NCBI RefSeq assembly: GCF_009914755.1
Contig: NC_060925.1
DNA from: the human T2T-CHM13v2.0 reference genome, Homo sapiens
DNA: 64,000 nucleotides
Reading direction: 5' to 3' (one strand)
Part shown: positions 23,851-36,600 of the stretch, piece after piece
Layout of the letters: each line of letters opens with the position of its first letter
How positions within the stretch are numbered: position 1 is the first letter of the stretch
Position numbers and translations under genes: made by a program
Notes under the pieces: generated by a model
The model's database searches: none
What the model was told of the DNA's origin: nothing
The model's input: the letters and a program-made list of their open reading frames with translations, nothing else

Positions 23851-26800
23851 TTTCTGAGAATGCTTCTGTCCAGTTTTTACATGAAGCTGTTTCCTTTACT
23901 ACCGTAGGCCTCAAAGCGTTCCAAACCTCCACTTGCAGATACTACGAAAAGAGCGTTTCAACCTGAACTCACAAGGGAAGGTTGAACTCTGTCAGTTGAA
24001 TGCCAACATCACCAAGAAGTTCTGAGAATGTTCCTCTTCAGTTATGTGAGATTTATCCCGTTTCCAACGAAATTCTCAGAGAAGTCCCAAAATCCACTTG
24101 CATATTCCACAAAGGTGTGTTTTGAAAATGCGCCTTCAAAAGATATGCTCAGCTCTGTGAGTTAAACTCAATCATCGCAAAGAATTTTCTGAGAATGCTT
24201 CCGTCTTGTTTTTAGATGAAGTTCTTTCCTTTACTACGATAGGCCTCAAGGAGGTCCAAATCTCCACTTGCAGATTCTGCAGAAGGAGTGTTTCAAACCT
24301 GAACTGTCAGAGAAAGGTTCAACACTGTGAGTTGAATGCAAGCATCACGAAGAAGGTTCTGAGAATGCTTCTGTTTACGTAGGTGACTTTTCTCCCGTAT
24401 CCAACGAAATCCTCAGAGCGGTCCAAATCTCCACTTGCAGATTCTACACAAAGTGTGTTTGGAAACTGCTCCACCCAAAGGAATGTTCAGCTCTGTGAGT
24501 TGAACTCAATCGTCACAAAGCGTTTCCTGGGAATGCTCCTGTCTCGATTTTATGTGCAGTTATATCCTCTACTGCCATAGGCCTCAAAGCGGTCCAAATC
24601 TCCCCTTTCAGATTCTACCAAAAGTGTGTTTCCAAACGGCCCCATCAAAGGGGATGTTCAACTCGGTGACTTGAATGCAATCATCACAAAGCAGCTTCTG
24701 AGAATGCTTCCATGTAGGTTTGATGAGAAGATATTTCCTTTTCCACCCCAGGCCTCGAAGCCCTCCAAATGTCCCCTTGCAGATGCTAGAAAGAGGGGAT
24801 TTCAAAGCTGCTCTATCAAAAGGAAAGTACAACTCTGTGAGTTGAATGCAAACATCACAAGGAAGTTCCTGAGCATGCTTCCGTTTAGCTTTTACGGGAA
24901 GATTATCCCTTTTCCATCGAAATGTTCAAAGAGGTCCACATATCCGCTTGCAGATTCCACCGAAAGAGTGTTTCCAAACTGCTGCATCCAAAGGAATCCT
25001 CAGCTCCGTGAGTTGAATGCAATCATCACCAAGAAGTTTCTGACAATGCTTCTCTCTAGTTTTTATGTGAAGATATTTCCTTTTCCACCGCAGGCCTGAA
25101 AGCGCTCCAAATGTCCACTTGGAGGCTCTACGAAAAGAATGTTTCAAAACTGCTCTATGAAAAGCAATGTTATACTCTGGGAGTTGAACACAAGCCTCAC
25201 AAAGGAGTTTCTGAGAATGCTTCTGTTTACTTTTTACGTGAGGATATTCCCGTTTCCAAAGAAGTCTTCAAAGAGTTCCACCTACCCATTTGCAGATGCT
25301 AGCAAAAGAGAGTTTCAAAACTGCTCCATCAAAGGGAATGTTCAACTCTGTGAGTTGCATGCAATCATCACAGAGAAGTTTCTGAGAAGGCTTCTGTCTA
25401 GATTTTATGTGAAGATATGGCCGTTTCGAACGAAGGCCACAAAGTGCTCCCAATATCCACTTGCAGGTCCTCCAAAAAGAGTGTTTCAAACGTGAACTAC
25501 CAAAGGAAGGCTCAACTCTGGAGTTTGAATGCCAACGTCAGAAGGATGTTTCTGCGAAAGCTTCTGTTTAGTTAGGTGACGTTATCCCGTTTCCAACGAA
25601 ATCCTCAGAGAGGTCCAAATATCCACCTGCAGAGTCTACAAAAAGTGTGTTTCAAAACTGCTCCACCCAAAGGAATGTTCAGCTCTGTGAGTTGAACTCA
25701 ATCATCCCAAAGTATTTTCTGAGAATGCTTCTGTCCAGTTTTTACATGAAGCTTTTTCCTTTACTACCGTAGGCCTCAAAGCGTTCCAAACCTCCAATTG
25801 CAGATACTACGAAAAGAGAGTTTCAACCTGAACTCACAAGGGAAGGTTCAACTCTGCCAGTTGAATGCCAACATCACCAAGAACTTCTGAGAATGTTCCT
25901 CTTCAGTTACGTGAGGTTTATCCCGTTTCCAACGAAATTCTCAGAGAAGTCCCAAAATCCACTTGCATATTCCACAAAAGGTGTGTTTTGAAAATGCGCC
26001 ATCAAAAGATATGCTCAGCTCTGTGAGTTAAACTCAATCATCGCAAAGAATTTTCTGAGAATGCCTCCGTCTTGTTTTTAGACGAAGTTCTTTCCTTTAC
26101 TACGATAGGCCTCAAGGAGGTCCAAATCTCCACTTGCAGATTCTGCAGAAGGAGTGTTTCAAACCTGAACTGTCAGAGAAAGGTTCAACACTGTGAGTTG
26201 AATGCAAGCATCACGAAGAAGGTTCTGAGAATGCTTCTGTTTACGTAGGTGACTTTTCTCCCGTATCCAACGAAATCCTCAGAGCGGTCCAAATCTCCAC
26301 TTGCAGATTCTACACAAAGTGTGTTTGGAAACTACTCCACCCAAAGGAATGTTCAGCTCTGTGAGTTGAACTCAATCGTCACAAAGCGTTTCCCGGGAAT
26401 GCTCCTGTCTCGCTTTCATGTGCAGTTATATCCTCTACTGCCATAGGCCTCAAAGCGGTCCAAATCTCCCCTTTCAGATTCTACCAAAAGTGTGTTTCCA
26501 AACGGCCCCATCAAAGGGGATGTTCAACTCGGTGACTTGAATGCAATCATCAGAAAGCAGGTTCTGAGAATGCTTCCATGTAGGTTTGATGAGAAGATAC
26601 TTCCTTTTCCACCCCAGGCCTCGAAGCCCTCCAAATGTCCCCTTGCAGATGCTAGAAAGAGGGGGTTTCAAAGCTGCTCTATCAAAAGGAAAGTAGAACT
26701 CTGTGAGTTGAATGCAAACATCACAAGGAAGTTCCTGAGCATGCTTCCGTTTAGCTTTTACGGGAAGATTATCCCTTTTCCATCGAAATGTTCAAAGAGG

Positions 26801-29289
26801 TCCACATATCTGCTTGCAGATTCCACCGATAGAGTGTTTCCAAACTGCTGCATCAAAAGGAATCCTCAGCTCCGTGAGTTGAATGCAATCATCACCAAGA
26901 AGTTTCTGACAATGCTTCTCTCTAGTTTTTATGTGAAGATATTTCCTTTTCCACCGCAGGCCTGAAAGCGCTCCAAATGTCCACTTGGAGGCTCTACGAA
27001 AAGAATTTTTCAAAACTGCTCTATGAAAAGCAATGTTATACTCTGGGAGTTGAACACAAGCCTCACAAAGGAGTTTCTGAGAATGCTTCTGTTTACTTTT
27101 TACGTGAGGATATTCCCGTTTCCAAAGAAGTCTTCACAGAGTTCCACCTATACATTTGCAGATGCTAGCAAAAGAGAGTTTCAAAACTGCTCCATCAAAA
27201 GGAATGTTTAACTCTGTGAGTTGCATGCAATCATCACAGAGAAGTTTCTGAGAAGGCTTCTGTCTAGATTTTATGTGCAGATATGGCCGTTTCGAACGAA
27301 GGCCACAAAGTGCTCCCAATATCCACTTGCAGGTCCTCCAAAAAGAGTGTTTCAAACGTGAACTACCAAAGGAAGGCTCAACTCTGGACTTTGAATGCCA
27401 ACGTCAGAAGGATGTTTCTGCGAAAACTTCTGTTTAGTTAGGTGACGTTATCCCGTCTCCAACGAAATCCTCAGAGAGGTCCAAATATCCACCTGCAGAG
27501 TCTACAAACAGTGTGTTTCAAAACTGCTCCACCCAAAGGAATGTTCAGCTCTGTGAGTTGAACTCAATCATCCCAAAGTATTTTCTCAGAATTCTTCTGT
27601 CCAGTTTTTACATGAAGCTGTTCCCTTTACTACCGTAGGCCTCAAAGCGTTCCAAACCTCCACTTGCAGATACTACGAAAAGAGCGTTTCAACCTGAACT
27701 CACAAGGGAAGGTTCAACTCTGTCAGTTGAATGCCAACATCACCAAGAAGTTCTGAGAATGTTCCTCTTCAGTTATGTGAGGTTTATCCCGTTTCCAACG
27801 AAATTCTCAGAGAAGTCCCAAAATCCACTGGCATATTCCACAAAAGGTGTGTTTGGAAATTGCGCCATCAAAAGATATGCTCAGCTCTGTGAGTTAAACT
27901 CAATCATCGCAAAGTATTTTCTGAGAATGCTTCCGTCTTGTTTTTAGATGAAGTTCTTTCCTTTACTACGATAGGCCTCAAAGAGGTCCAAATCTCCACT
28001 AGCAGATTTTGCAGAAGGAGTGTTTCAAACCTGAACTGTCAGAGAAAGGTTCAACACTGTGAGTTGAATGCAAGCATCACGAAGAAGGTTCTGAGAATGC
28101 TTCTGTTTACGTAGGTGACTTTTCTCCCGTATCCAATGAAATCCTCAGAGTGGTCCAAATCTCCACTTGAAGATTCTACACAAAGTGTGTTTGGAAACTG
28201 CTCCACCCAAAGGAATGTTCAGCTCTGTGAGTTGAACTCAATCGTCACAAAGCGTTTCCTGGGAATGCTCCTGTCTCGCTTTTATGTGCAGTTATATCCT
28301 CTACTGCCATAGGCCTCAAAGCGGTCCAAATCTCCCCTTTCAGATTCTACCAAAAGTGTGTTTCCAAACGGCCCCATCAAAGGGGATGTTCAACTCGGTG
28401 ACTTGAATGCAATCATCACAAAGCAGCTTCTGAGAATGCTTCCATGTAGCTTTGATGAGAAGATATTTCCTTTTCCACCCCAGGCCTCGAAGCCCTCCAA
28501 ATGTCCCCTTGCAGATGCTAGAAAGAGGGGGTTTCAAAGCTGCTCTATCAGAAGGAAAGTACAACTCTGTGAGTTGAATGCAAACATCACAAGGAAGTTC
28601 CTGAGCATGCTTCCGTTTAGCTTTTACGGGAAGATTATCCCTTTTCCATCGAAATGTTCAAAGAGGTCCACATATCCGCTTGCAGATTCCACCGAAAGAG
28701 TGTTTCCAAACTGCTGCATCCAAAGGAATCCTCAGCTCCGTGAGTTGAATGCAATCATCACCAAGAAGTTTCTGACAATGCTTCTCTCTAGTTTTTATGT
28801 GAAGATATTTCCTTTTCCACCGCAGGCCTGAAAGCGCTCCAAATGTCCACTTGGAGGCTCTACGAAAAGAATGTTTCAAAACTGCTCTATGAAAAGCAAT
28901 GTTATACTCTGGGAGTTGAACACAAGCCTCACAAAGGAGTTTCTGAGAATGCTTCTGTTTACTTTTTACGTGAGGATATTCCCGTTTCCAAAGAAGTCTT
29001 CAAAGAGTTCCACCTACCCATTTGCAGATGCTAGCAAAAGAGAGTTTCAAAACTGCTCCATCAAAAGGAATGTTCAACTCTGTGAGTTGCATGCAATCAT
29101 CACAGAGAAGTTTCTGAGAAGGCTTCTGTCTAGATTTTATGTGAAGATATGGCCGTTTCGAACGAAGGCCACAAAGTGCTCCCAATATCCACTTGCAGGT
29201 CCTCCAAAAAGAGTGTTTCAAACGTGAACTACCAAAGGAAGGCTCAACTCTGGACTTTGAATGCCAACGTCAGAAGGATGTTTCTGCGA

Positions 29290-31155
29290 AAGCTTCTGTT
29301 TAGTTAGGTGACGTTATCCCGTTTCCAACGAAATCCTCAGAGAGTTCCAAATATCCACCTGCAGAGTCTACAAAAAGTGTGTTTCAAAACTGCTCCACCC
29401 AAAGGAATGTTCAGCTCTGTGAGTTGAACTCAATCATCCCAAAGTATTTTCTGAGAATGCTTCTGTCCAGTTTTTACATGAAGCTGTTTCCTTTACTACC
29501 GTAGGCCTCAAAGCGTTCCAAACCTCCACTTGCAGATACTACGAAAAGAGCGTTTCAACCTGAACTCACAAGGGAAGGTTCAACTCTGCCAGTTGAATGC
29601 CAACATCACCAAGAACTTCTGAGAATGTTCCTCTTCAGTTACGTGAGGTTTATCCCGTTTCCAACGAAATTCTCAGAGAAGTCCCAAAATCCACTTGCAT
29701 ATTCCACAAAAGGTGTGTTTTGAAAATGCGCCATCAAAAGATATGCTCAGCTCTGTGAGTTAAACTCAATCATCGCAAAGTATTTTCTGAGAATGCTTCC
29801 GTCTTGTTTTTAGATGAAGTTCTTTCCTTTACTACGATAGGCCTCAAGGAGGTCCAAATCTCCACTTGCAGATTCTGCAGAAGGAGTGTTTCAAACCTGA
29901 ACTGTCAGAGAAAGTTTCAACACTGTGAGTTGAATGCAAGCATCACGAAGAAGGTTCTGAGAATGCTTCTGTTTACGTAGGTGACTTTTCTCCCGTATCC
30001 AACGAAACCCTCAGAGCGGTCCAAATCTCCACTTGCAGATTCTACACAAAGTGTGTTTGGAAACTACTCCACCCAAGGGAATGTTCAGCTCTGTGAGTTG
30101 AACTCAATGGTCACAAAGCGTTTCCTGGGAATGCTCCTGTCTCGCTTTCATGTGCAGTTATATCCTCTACTGCCATAGGCCTCAAAGCGGTCCAAATCTC
30201 CCCTTTCAGATTCTACCAAAAGTGTGTTTCCAAACGGCCCCATCAAAGGGGATGTTCAACTCGGTGACTTGAATGCAATCATCACAAAGCAGCTTCTGAG
30301 AATGCTTCCATGTAGCTTTGATGAGAAGATATTTCCTTTTCCACCCCAGGCCTCGAAGCCCTCCAAATGTCCCCTTGCAGATGCTAGAAAGAGGGGGTTT
30401 CAAAGCTGCTCTATCAAAAGGAAAGTACAACTCTGTGAGTTGAATGCAAACATCACAAGGAAATTCCTGAGCATGCTTCCGTTTAGCTTTTACGGGAAGA
30501 TTATCCCTTTTCCATCGAAATGTTCAAAGAGGTCCACATATCCGCTTGCAGATTCCACCGAAAGAGTGTTTTCAAACTGCTGCATCAAAAGGAATCCTCA
30601 GCTCCGTGAGTTGAATGCAATCATCACCAAGAAGTTTCTGACAATGCTTCTCTCTAGTTTTTATGTGAAGATATTTCCTTTTCCACCGCAGGCCTGAAAG
30701 CGCTCCAAATGTCCACTTGGAGGCTCTACGAAAAGAATGTTTCAAAACTGCTCTATGAAAAGCAATGTTATACTCTGGGAGTTGAACACAAGCCTCACAA
30801 AGGAGTTTCTGAGAATGCTTCTGTTTACTTTTTACGTGAGGATATTCCCGTTTCCAAAGAAGTCTTCACAGAGTTCCACCTATCCATTTGCAGATGCTAG
30901 CAAAAGAGAGTTTCAAAACTGCTCCATCAAAAGGAATGTTCAACTCTGTGAGTTGCAGGCAATCATCACAGAGAAGTTTCTGAGAAGGCTTCTGTCTAGA
31001 TTTTATGTGAAGATACGGCCGTTTCGAACGAAGGCCACAAAGCGCTCCCAATATCCACTTGCAGGTCCTCCAAAAAGAGTGTTTCAAACGTGAACTACCA
31101 AAGGAAGGCTCAACTCTGGACTTTGAATGCCAACGTCAGAAGGATGTTTCTGCGA
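29290..31155 (-). repeat. Representative single 1866-bp 11-mer HOR unit (HindIII site to HindIII site)
   Basis: AAGCTT at 29290 and 31156, 1866 bp apart. The unit holds 11 box positions whose cyclic order is consistent with W5-W1-W2-W3-W4-W3-W4-W3-W4-W5-W1 (SF3 monomer classes inferred from A/B-box type). Confidence 0.93.
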
Positions 31156-33274
31156 AAGCTTCTGTTTAGTTAGGTGACGTTATCCCGTTTCCAACGAAAT
31201 CCTCAGAGAGGTTCAAATATCCACCTGCAGAGTCTACAAAAAGTGTGTTTCAAAACTGCTCCACCCAAAGGAATGTTCAGCTCTGTGAGTTGAACTCAAT
31301 CATCCCAAAGTATTTTCTGAAAATGCTTCTGTCCAGTTTTTACATGAAGCTGTTTCCTTTACTACCGTAGGCCTCAAAGCGTTCCAAACCTCCACTTGCA
31401 GATACTACGAAAAGAGCGTTTCAACATGAACTCACAAGGGAAGGTTCAACTCTGCCAGTTGAATGCCAACATCAAGAAGAACTTCTGAGAATGTTCCTCT
31501 TCAGTTACGTGAGGTTTATCCCCTTTCCAACGAAATTCTCAGAGAAGTCCCAAAATCCACTTCCATATTCCACAAAAGGTGTGTTTTGAAAATGCGCCAT
31601 CAAAAGATATGCTCAGCTCTGTGAGTTAAACTCAATCATCGCAAAGTATTTTCTGAGAATGCTTCCGTCTTGTTTTTAGATGAAGTTCTTTCCTTTACTA
31701 CGATAGGCCTCAAGGAGGTCCAAATGTCCACTTGCAGATTCTGCAGAAGGAGTGTTTCAAACCTGAACTGTCAGAGAAAGGTTCAACACTGTGAGTTGAA
31801 TGCACGCATCACGAAGAAGGTTCTGAGAATGCTTCTGTTTACGTAGGTGACTTTTCTCCCGTATCCAACGAAATCCTCAGAGCGGTCCAAATCTCCACTT
31901 GCAGATTCTACACAAAGTGTGTTTGGAAACTGCTTCACCCAAAGGAATGTTCAGCTCTGTGAGTTGAACTCAATCGTCACAAAGCGTTTCCTGGGAATGC
32001 TCCTGTCTCGCTTTTATGTGCAGTTATATCCTCTACTGCCATAGGCCTCAAAGCGGTCCAAATCTCCCCTTTCAGATTCTACCAAAAGTGTGTTTCCAAA
32101 CGGCCCCATCAAAGGGGATGTTCAACTCGGTGACTTGAATGCAATCATCACAAAGCAGCTTCTGAGAATGCTTCCATGTAGGTTTGATGAGAAGATATTT
32201 CCTTTTCCACCCCAGGCCTCGAAGCCCTCCAAATGTCCCCTTGCAGATGCTAGAAAGAGGGGGTTTCAAAGCTGCTCTATCAAAAGGAAAGTACAACTCT
32301 GTGAGTTGAATGCAAACATCACAAGGAAGTTCCTGAGCATGCTTCCGTTTAGCTTTTACGGGAAGATTATCCCTTTTCCATCGAAATGTTCAAAGAGGTC
32401 CACATATCCGCTTGCAGATTCCACCGAAAGAGTGTTTCCAAACTGCTGCATCCAAAGGAATCCTCAGCTCCGTGAGTTGAATGCAATCATCACCAAGAAG
32501 TTTCTGACAATGCTTCTCTCTAGTTTTTATGTGAAGATATTTCCTTTTCCACCGCAGGCCTGAAAGCGCTCCAAATGTCCACTTGGAGGCTCTACGAAAA
32601 GAATGTTTCAAAACTGCTCTATGAAAAGCAATGTTATACTCTGGGAGTTGAACACAAGCCTCACAAAGTAGTTTCTGAGAATGCTTCTGTTTACTTTTTA
32701 CGTGAGGATATTCCCGTTTCCAAAGCAGTCTTCACAGAGTTCCACCTATCCATTTGCAGATGCTAGCAAAAGAGAGTTTCAAAACTGCTCCATCAAAAGG
32801 AATGTTCAACTCTGTGAGTTGCATGCAATCATCACAGAGAAGTTTCTGAGAAGGCTTCTGTCTAGATTTTATGTGAAGATATGGCCGTTTCGAACGAAGG
32901 CCACAAAGTGCTCCCAATATCCACTTGCAGGTCCTCCAAAAAGAGTGTTTCAAACGTGAACTACCAAAGGAAGGCTCAACTCTGGACTTTGAATGCCAAC
33001 GTCAGAAGGATGTTTCTGCGAAAGCTTCTGTTTAGTTAGGTGACGTTATCCCGTTTCCAACGAAATCCTCAGAGAGGTCCAAATATCCACCTGCGGAGTC
33101 TACAAAAAGTGTGTTTCAAAACTGCTCCACCCAAAGGAATGTTCAGCTCTGTGAGTTGAACTCAATCATCCCAAAGTATTTTCTGAGAATGCTTCTGTCC
33201 AGTTTTTACATGAAGCTGTTTCCTTTACTACTGTAGGCCTCAAAGCGTTCCAAACCTCCACTTGCAGATACTAC

Positions 33275-33288
33275 GAAAAGAGCGTTTC
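33275..33288 (+). repeat. Alu target-site duplication, left copy (gaaaagagcgtttc, 14 bp)
   Basis: Identical to 33604-33617; present once at the equivalent site in uninterrupted HORs (e.g. 42934-42947). Confidence 0.95.
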
Positions 33289-33298
33289 GGCCGGGCGC

Positions 33299-33371
33299 GG
33301 TGGCTCACGCCTGTAATCCCAGCACTTTGGGAGGCCGAGGCGGGCGGATCACGAGGTCAGGAGATCGAGAC
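33299..33371 (+). promoter_or_regulatory. Alu internal RNA Pol III promoter (A box ~33299-33311, B box ~33363-33371)
   Basis: GGTGGCTCACGCC and GATCGAGAC in the left arm, both in the AluY consensus state. Confidence 0.8.
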
Positions 33372-33382
33372 CATCCCGGCTA

Positions 33383-33640
<258 letters not shown>

Positions 33641-36600
33641 TCAACTCTGTCAGTTGAATGCCAACATCACCAAGAACTTCTGAGAATGTTCCTCTTCAGT
33701 TATGTGAGGTTTATCCCGTTTCCAACGAAATTCTCAGAGAAGTCCAAAAATCCACTTGCATATTCCACAAAAGGTGTGTTTGGAAAAAGCGCCATCAAAA
33801 GATATGCTCAGCTCTGTGAGTTAAACTCAATCATCGCAAACAATTTTCTGAGAATGATTCCGTCTTGTTTTTAGATGAAGTTCTTTCCTTTACTACGATA
33901 GGCCTCAAGGAGGTCCAAATCTCCACTTGCAGATTCTGCAGAAGGAGTGTTTCAAACCTTAACTGTCAGAGAAAGTTTCAACACTGTGAGTTGAAAGCAA
34001 GCATCACGAAGAAGGTTCTGAGAATGCTTCTGTTTATGTAGGGGACTTTTCTCCCGTATCCAACGAAATCCTCAGAGCGGTCCAAATCTCCACTTGCAGA
34101 TTCTACACAAAGTGTGTTTGGAAACTGCTCCACCCAAAGGTATGTTCAGCTCTGTGAGTTGAACTCAATGGTCACAAAGCGTTTCCTGGGAATGCTCCTG
34201 TCTCGCTTTCATGTGCAGTTATATCCTCTACTGCCATAGGCCTCAAAGCGGTCCAAATCACCCCTTTCAGATTCTACCAAAAGTGTGTTTCAAAACGGCC
34301 CCATCAAAGGGGATGTTCAACTCGGTGACTTGAATGCAATCATCAGAAAGCAGGTTCTGAGAATGCTTCCATGTAGGTTTGATGAGAAGATACTTCCTTT
34401 TCCACCCCAGGCCTCGAAGCCCTCCAAATGTCCCCTTGCAGATGCTAGAAAGAGGGGGTTTCAAAGCTGCTCTATCAAAAGGAAAGTACAACTCTGTGAG
34501 TTGAATGCAAACATCACAAGGAAGTTCCTGAGCATGCTTCCGTTTAGCTTTTACGGGAAGATTATCCCTTTTCCATCGAAATGTTCAAAGAGGTCCACAT
34601 ATCCGCTTGCAGATTCCACACAAAGAGTGTTTCCAAACTGCTGCATCCAAAGGAATCCTCAGCTCCGTGAGTTGAATGCAATCATCACCAAGAAGTTTCT
34701 GACAATGCTTCTCTCTAGTTTTTATGTGAAGATATTTCCTTTTCCACCGCAGGCCTGAAAGTGCTCCAAATGTCCACTTGGAGGCTCTACGAAAAGAATG
34801 TTTCAAAACTGCTCTATGAAAAGCAATGTTATACTCTGGGAGTTGAACACAAGCCTCACAAAGGAGTTTCTGAGAATGCTTCTGTTTACTTTTTACGTGA
34901 GGATATTCCCGTTTCCAAAGAAGTCTTCACAGAGTTCCACCTATCCATTTGCAGATGCTAGCAAAAGAGAGTTTCAAAACTGCTCCATCAAAAGGAATGT
35001 TCAACTCTGTGAGTTGCATGCAATCATCACAGAGAAGTTTCTGAGAAGGCTTCTGTCTAGATTTTATGTGAAGATATGGCCGTTTCGAACGAAGGCCACA
35101 AAGCGCTCCCAATATCCACTTGCAGGTCCTCCAAAAAGAGTGTTTCAAACGTGAACTACCAAAGGAAGGCTCAACTCTGGACTTTGAATGCCAACGTCAG
35201 AAGGATGTTTCTGCGAAAGCTTCTGTTTAGTTAGGTGACGTTATCCCGTTTCCAACGAAATCCTCGGAGAGGTCCAAATATCCACCTGCAGAGTCTACAA
35301 AAAGTGTGTTTCAAAACTGCTCCACCCAAAGGAATGTTCAGCTCTGTGAGTTGAACTCAATCATCCCAAAGTATTTTCTGAGAATGCTTCTGTCCAGTTT
35401 TTACATGAAGCTGTTTCCTTTACTACCGTAGGCCTCAAAGCGTTCCAAACCTCCACTTGCAGATACTACGAAAAGAGCGTTTCAACCTGAACTCACAAGG
35501 GAGGGTTCAACTCTGTCAGTTGAATGTCAACATCACCAAGAACTTCTGAGAATGTTCCTCTTCAGTTATGTGAGGTTTATCCCGTTTCCAACGAAATTCT
35601 CAGAGAAGTCCCAAAATCCACTGGCATATTCCACAAAAGGTGTGTTTGGAAAATGCGCAATCAAAAGATATGCTCCGCTCTGTGAGTTAAACTCAATCAT
35701 CGCAAACAATTTTCTAAGAATGCTTCCGTCTTGTTTTTAGATGAAGTTCTTTCCTTTACTACGATAGGCCTCAAGGAGGTCCAAATCTCCACTTGCAGAT
35801 TCTGCAGAAGGAGTGTTTCAAACCTGAACTGTCAGAGAAAGGTTCAACACTGTGAGTTGAATGCAAGCATCACGAAGAAGGTTCTGAGAATGCTTCTGTT
35901 TATGTAGGGGACTTTTCTCCCGTATCCAACGAAATCCTCAGAGCGGTCCAAATCTCCACTTGCAGATTCTACACAAAGTGTGTTTGGAAACTGCTCCACC
36001 CAAAGGTATGTTCAGCTCTGTGAGTTGAACTCAATGGTCACAAAGCGTTTCCTGGGAATGCTCCTGTCTCGCTTTCATGTGCAGTTTTATCCTCTACTGC
36101 CATAGGCCTCAAAGCGGTCCAAATCTCCCCTTTCAGATTCTACCAAAAGTGTGTTTCAAAACGGCCCCATCAAAGGGGATGTTCAACTCGGTGACTTGAA
36201 TGCAATCATCAGAAAGCAGGTTCTGAGAATGCTTCCATGTAGGTTTGATGAGAAGATACTTCCTTTTCCACCCCAGGCCTCGAAGCCCTCCAAATGTCCC
36301 CTTGCAGATGCTAGAAAGAGGGAGTTTCAAAGCTGCTCTATCAAAAGGAAAGTACAACTCTGTGAGTTGAATGCAAACATCACAAGGAAGTTCCTGAGCA
36401 TGCTTCCGTTTAGCTTTTACGGGAAGATTATCCCTTTTCCATCGAAATGTTCAAAGAGGTCCACATATCCGCTTGCAGATTCCACACAAAGAGTGTTTCC
36501 AAACTGCTGCATCAAAAGGAATCCTCAGCTCCGTGAGTTGAATGCAATCATCACCAAGAAGTTTCTGACAATGCTTCTCTCTAGTTTTTATGTGAAGATA

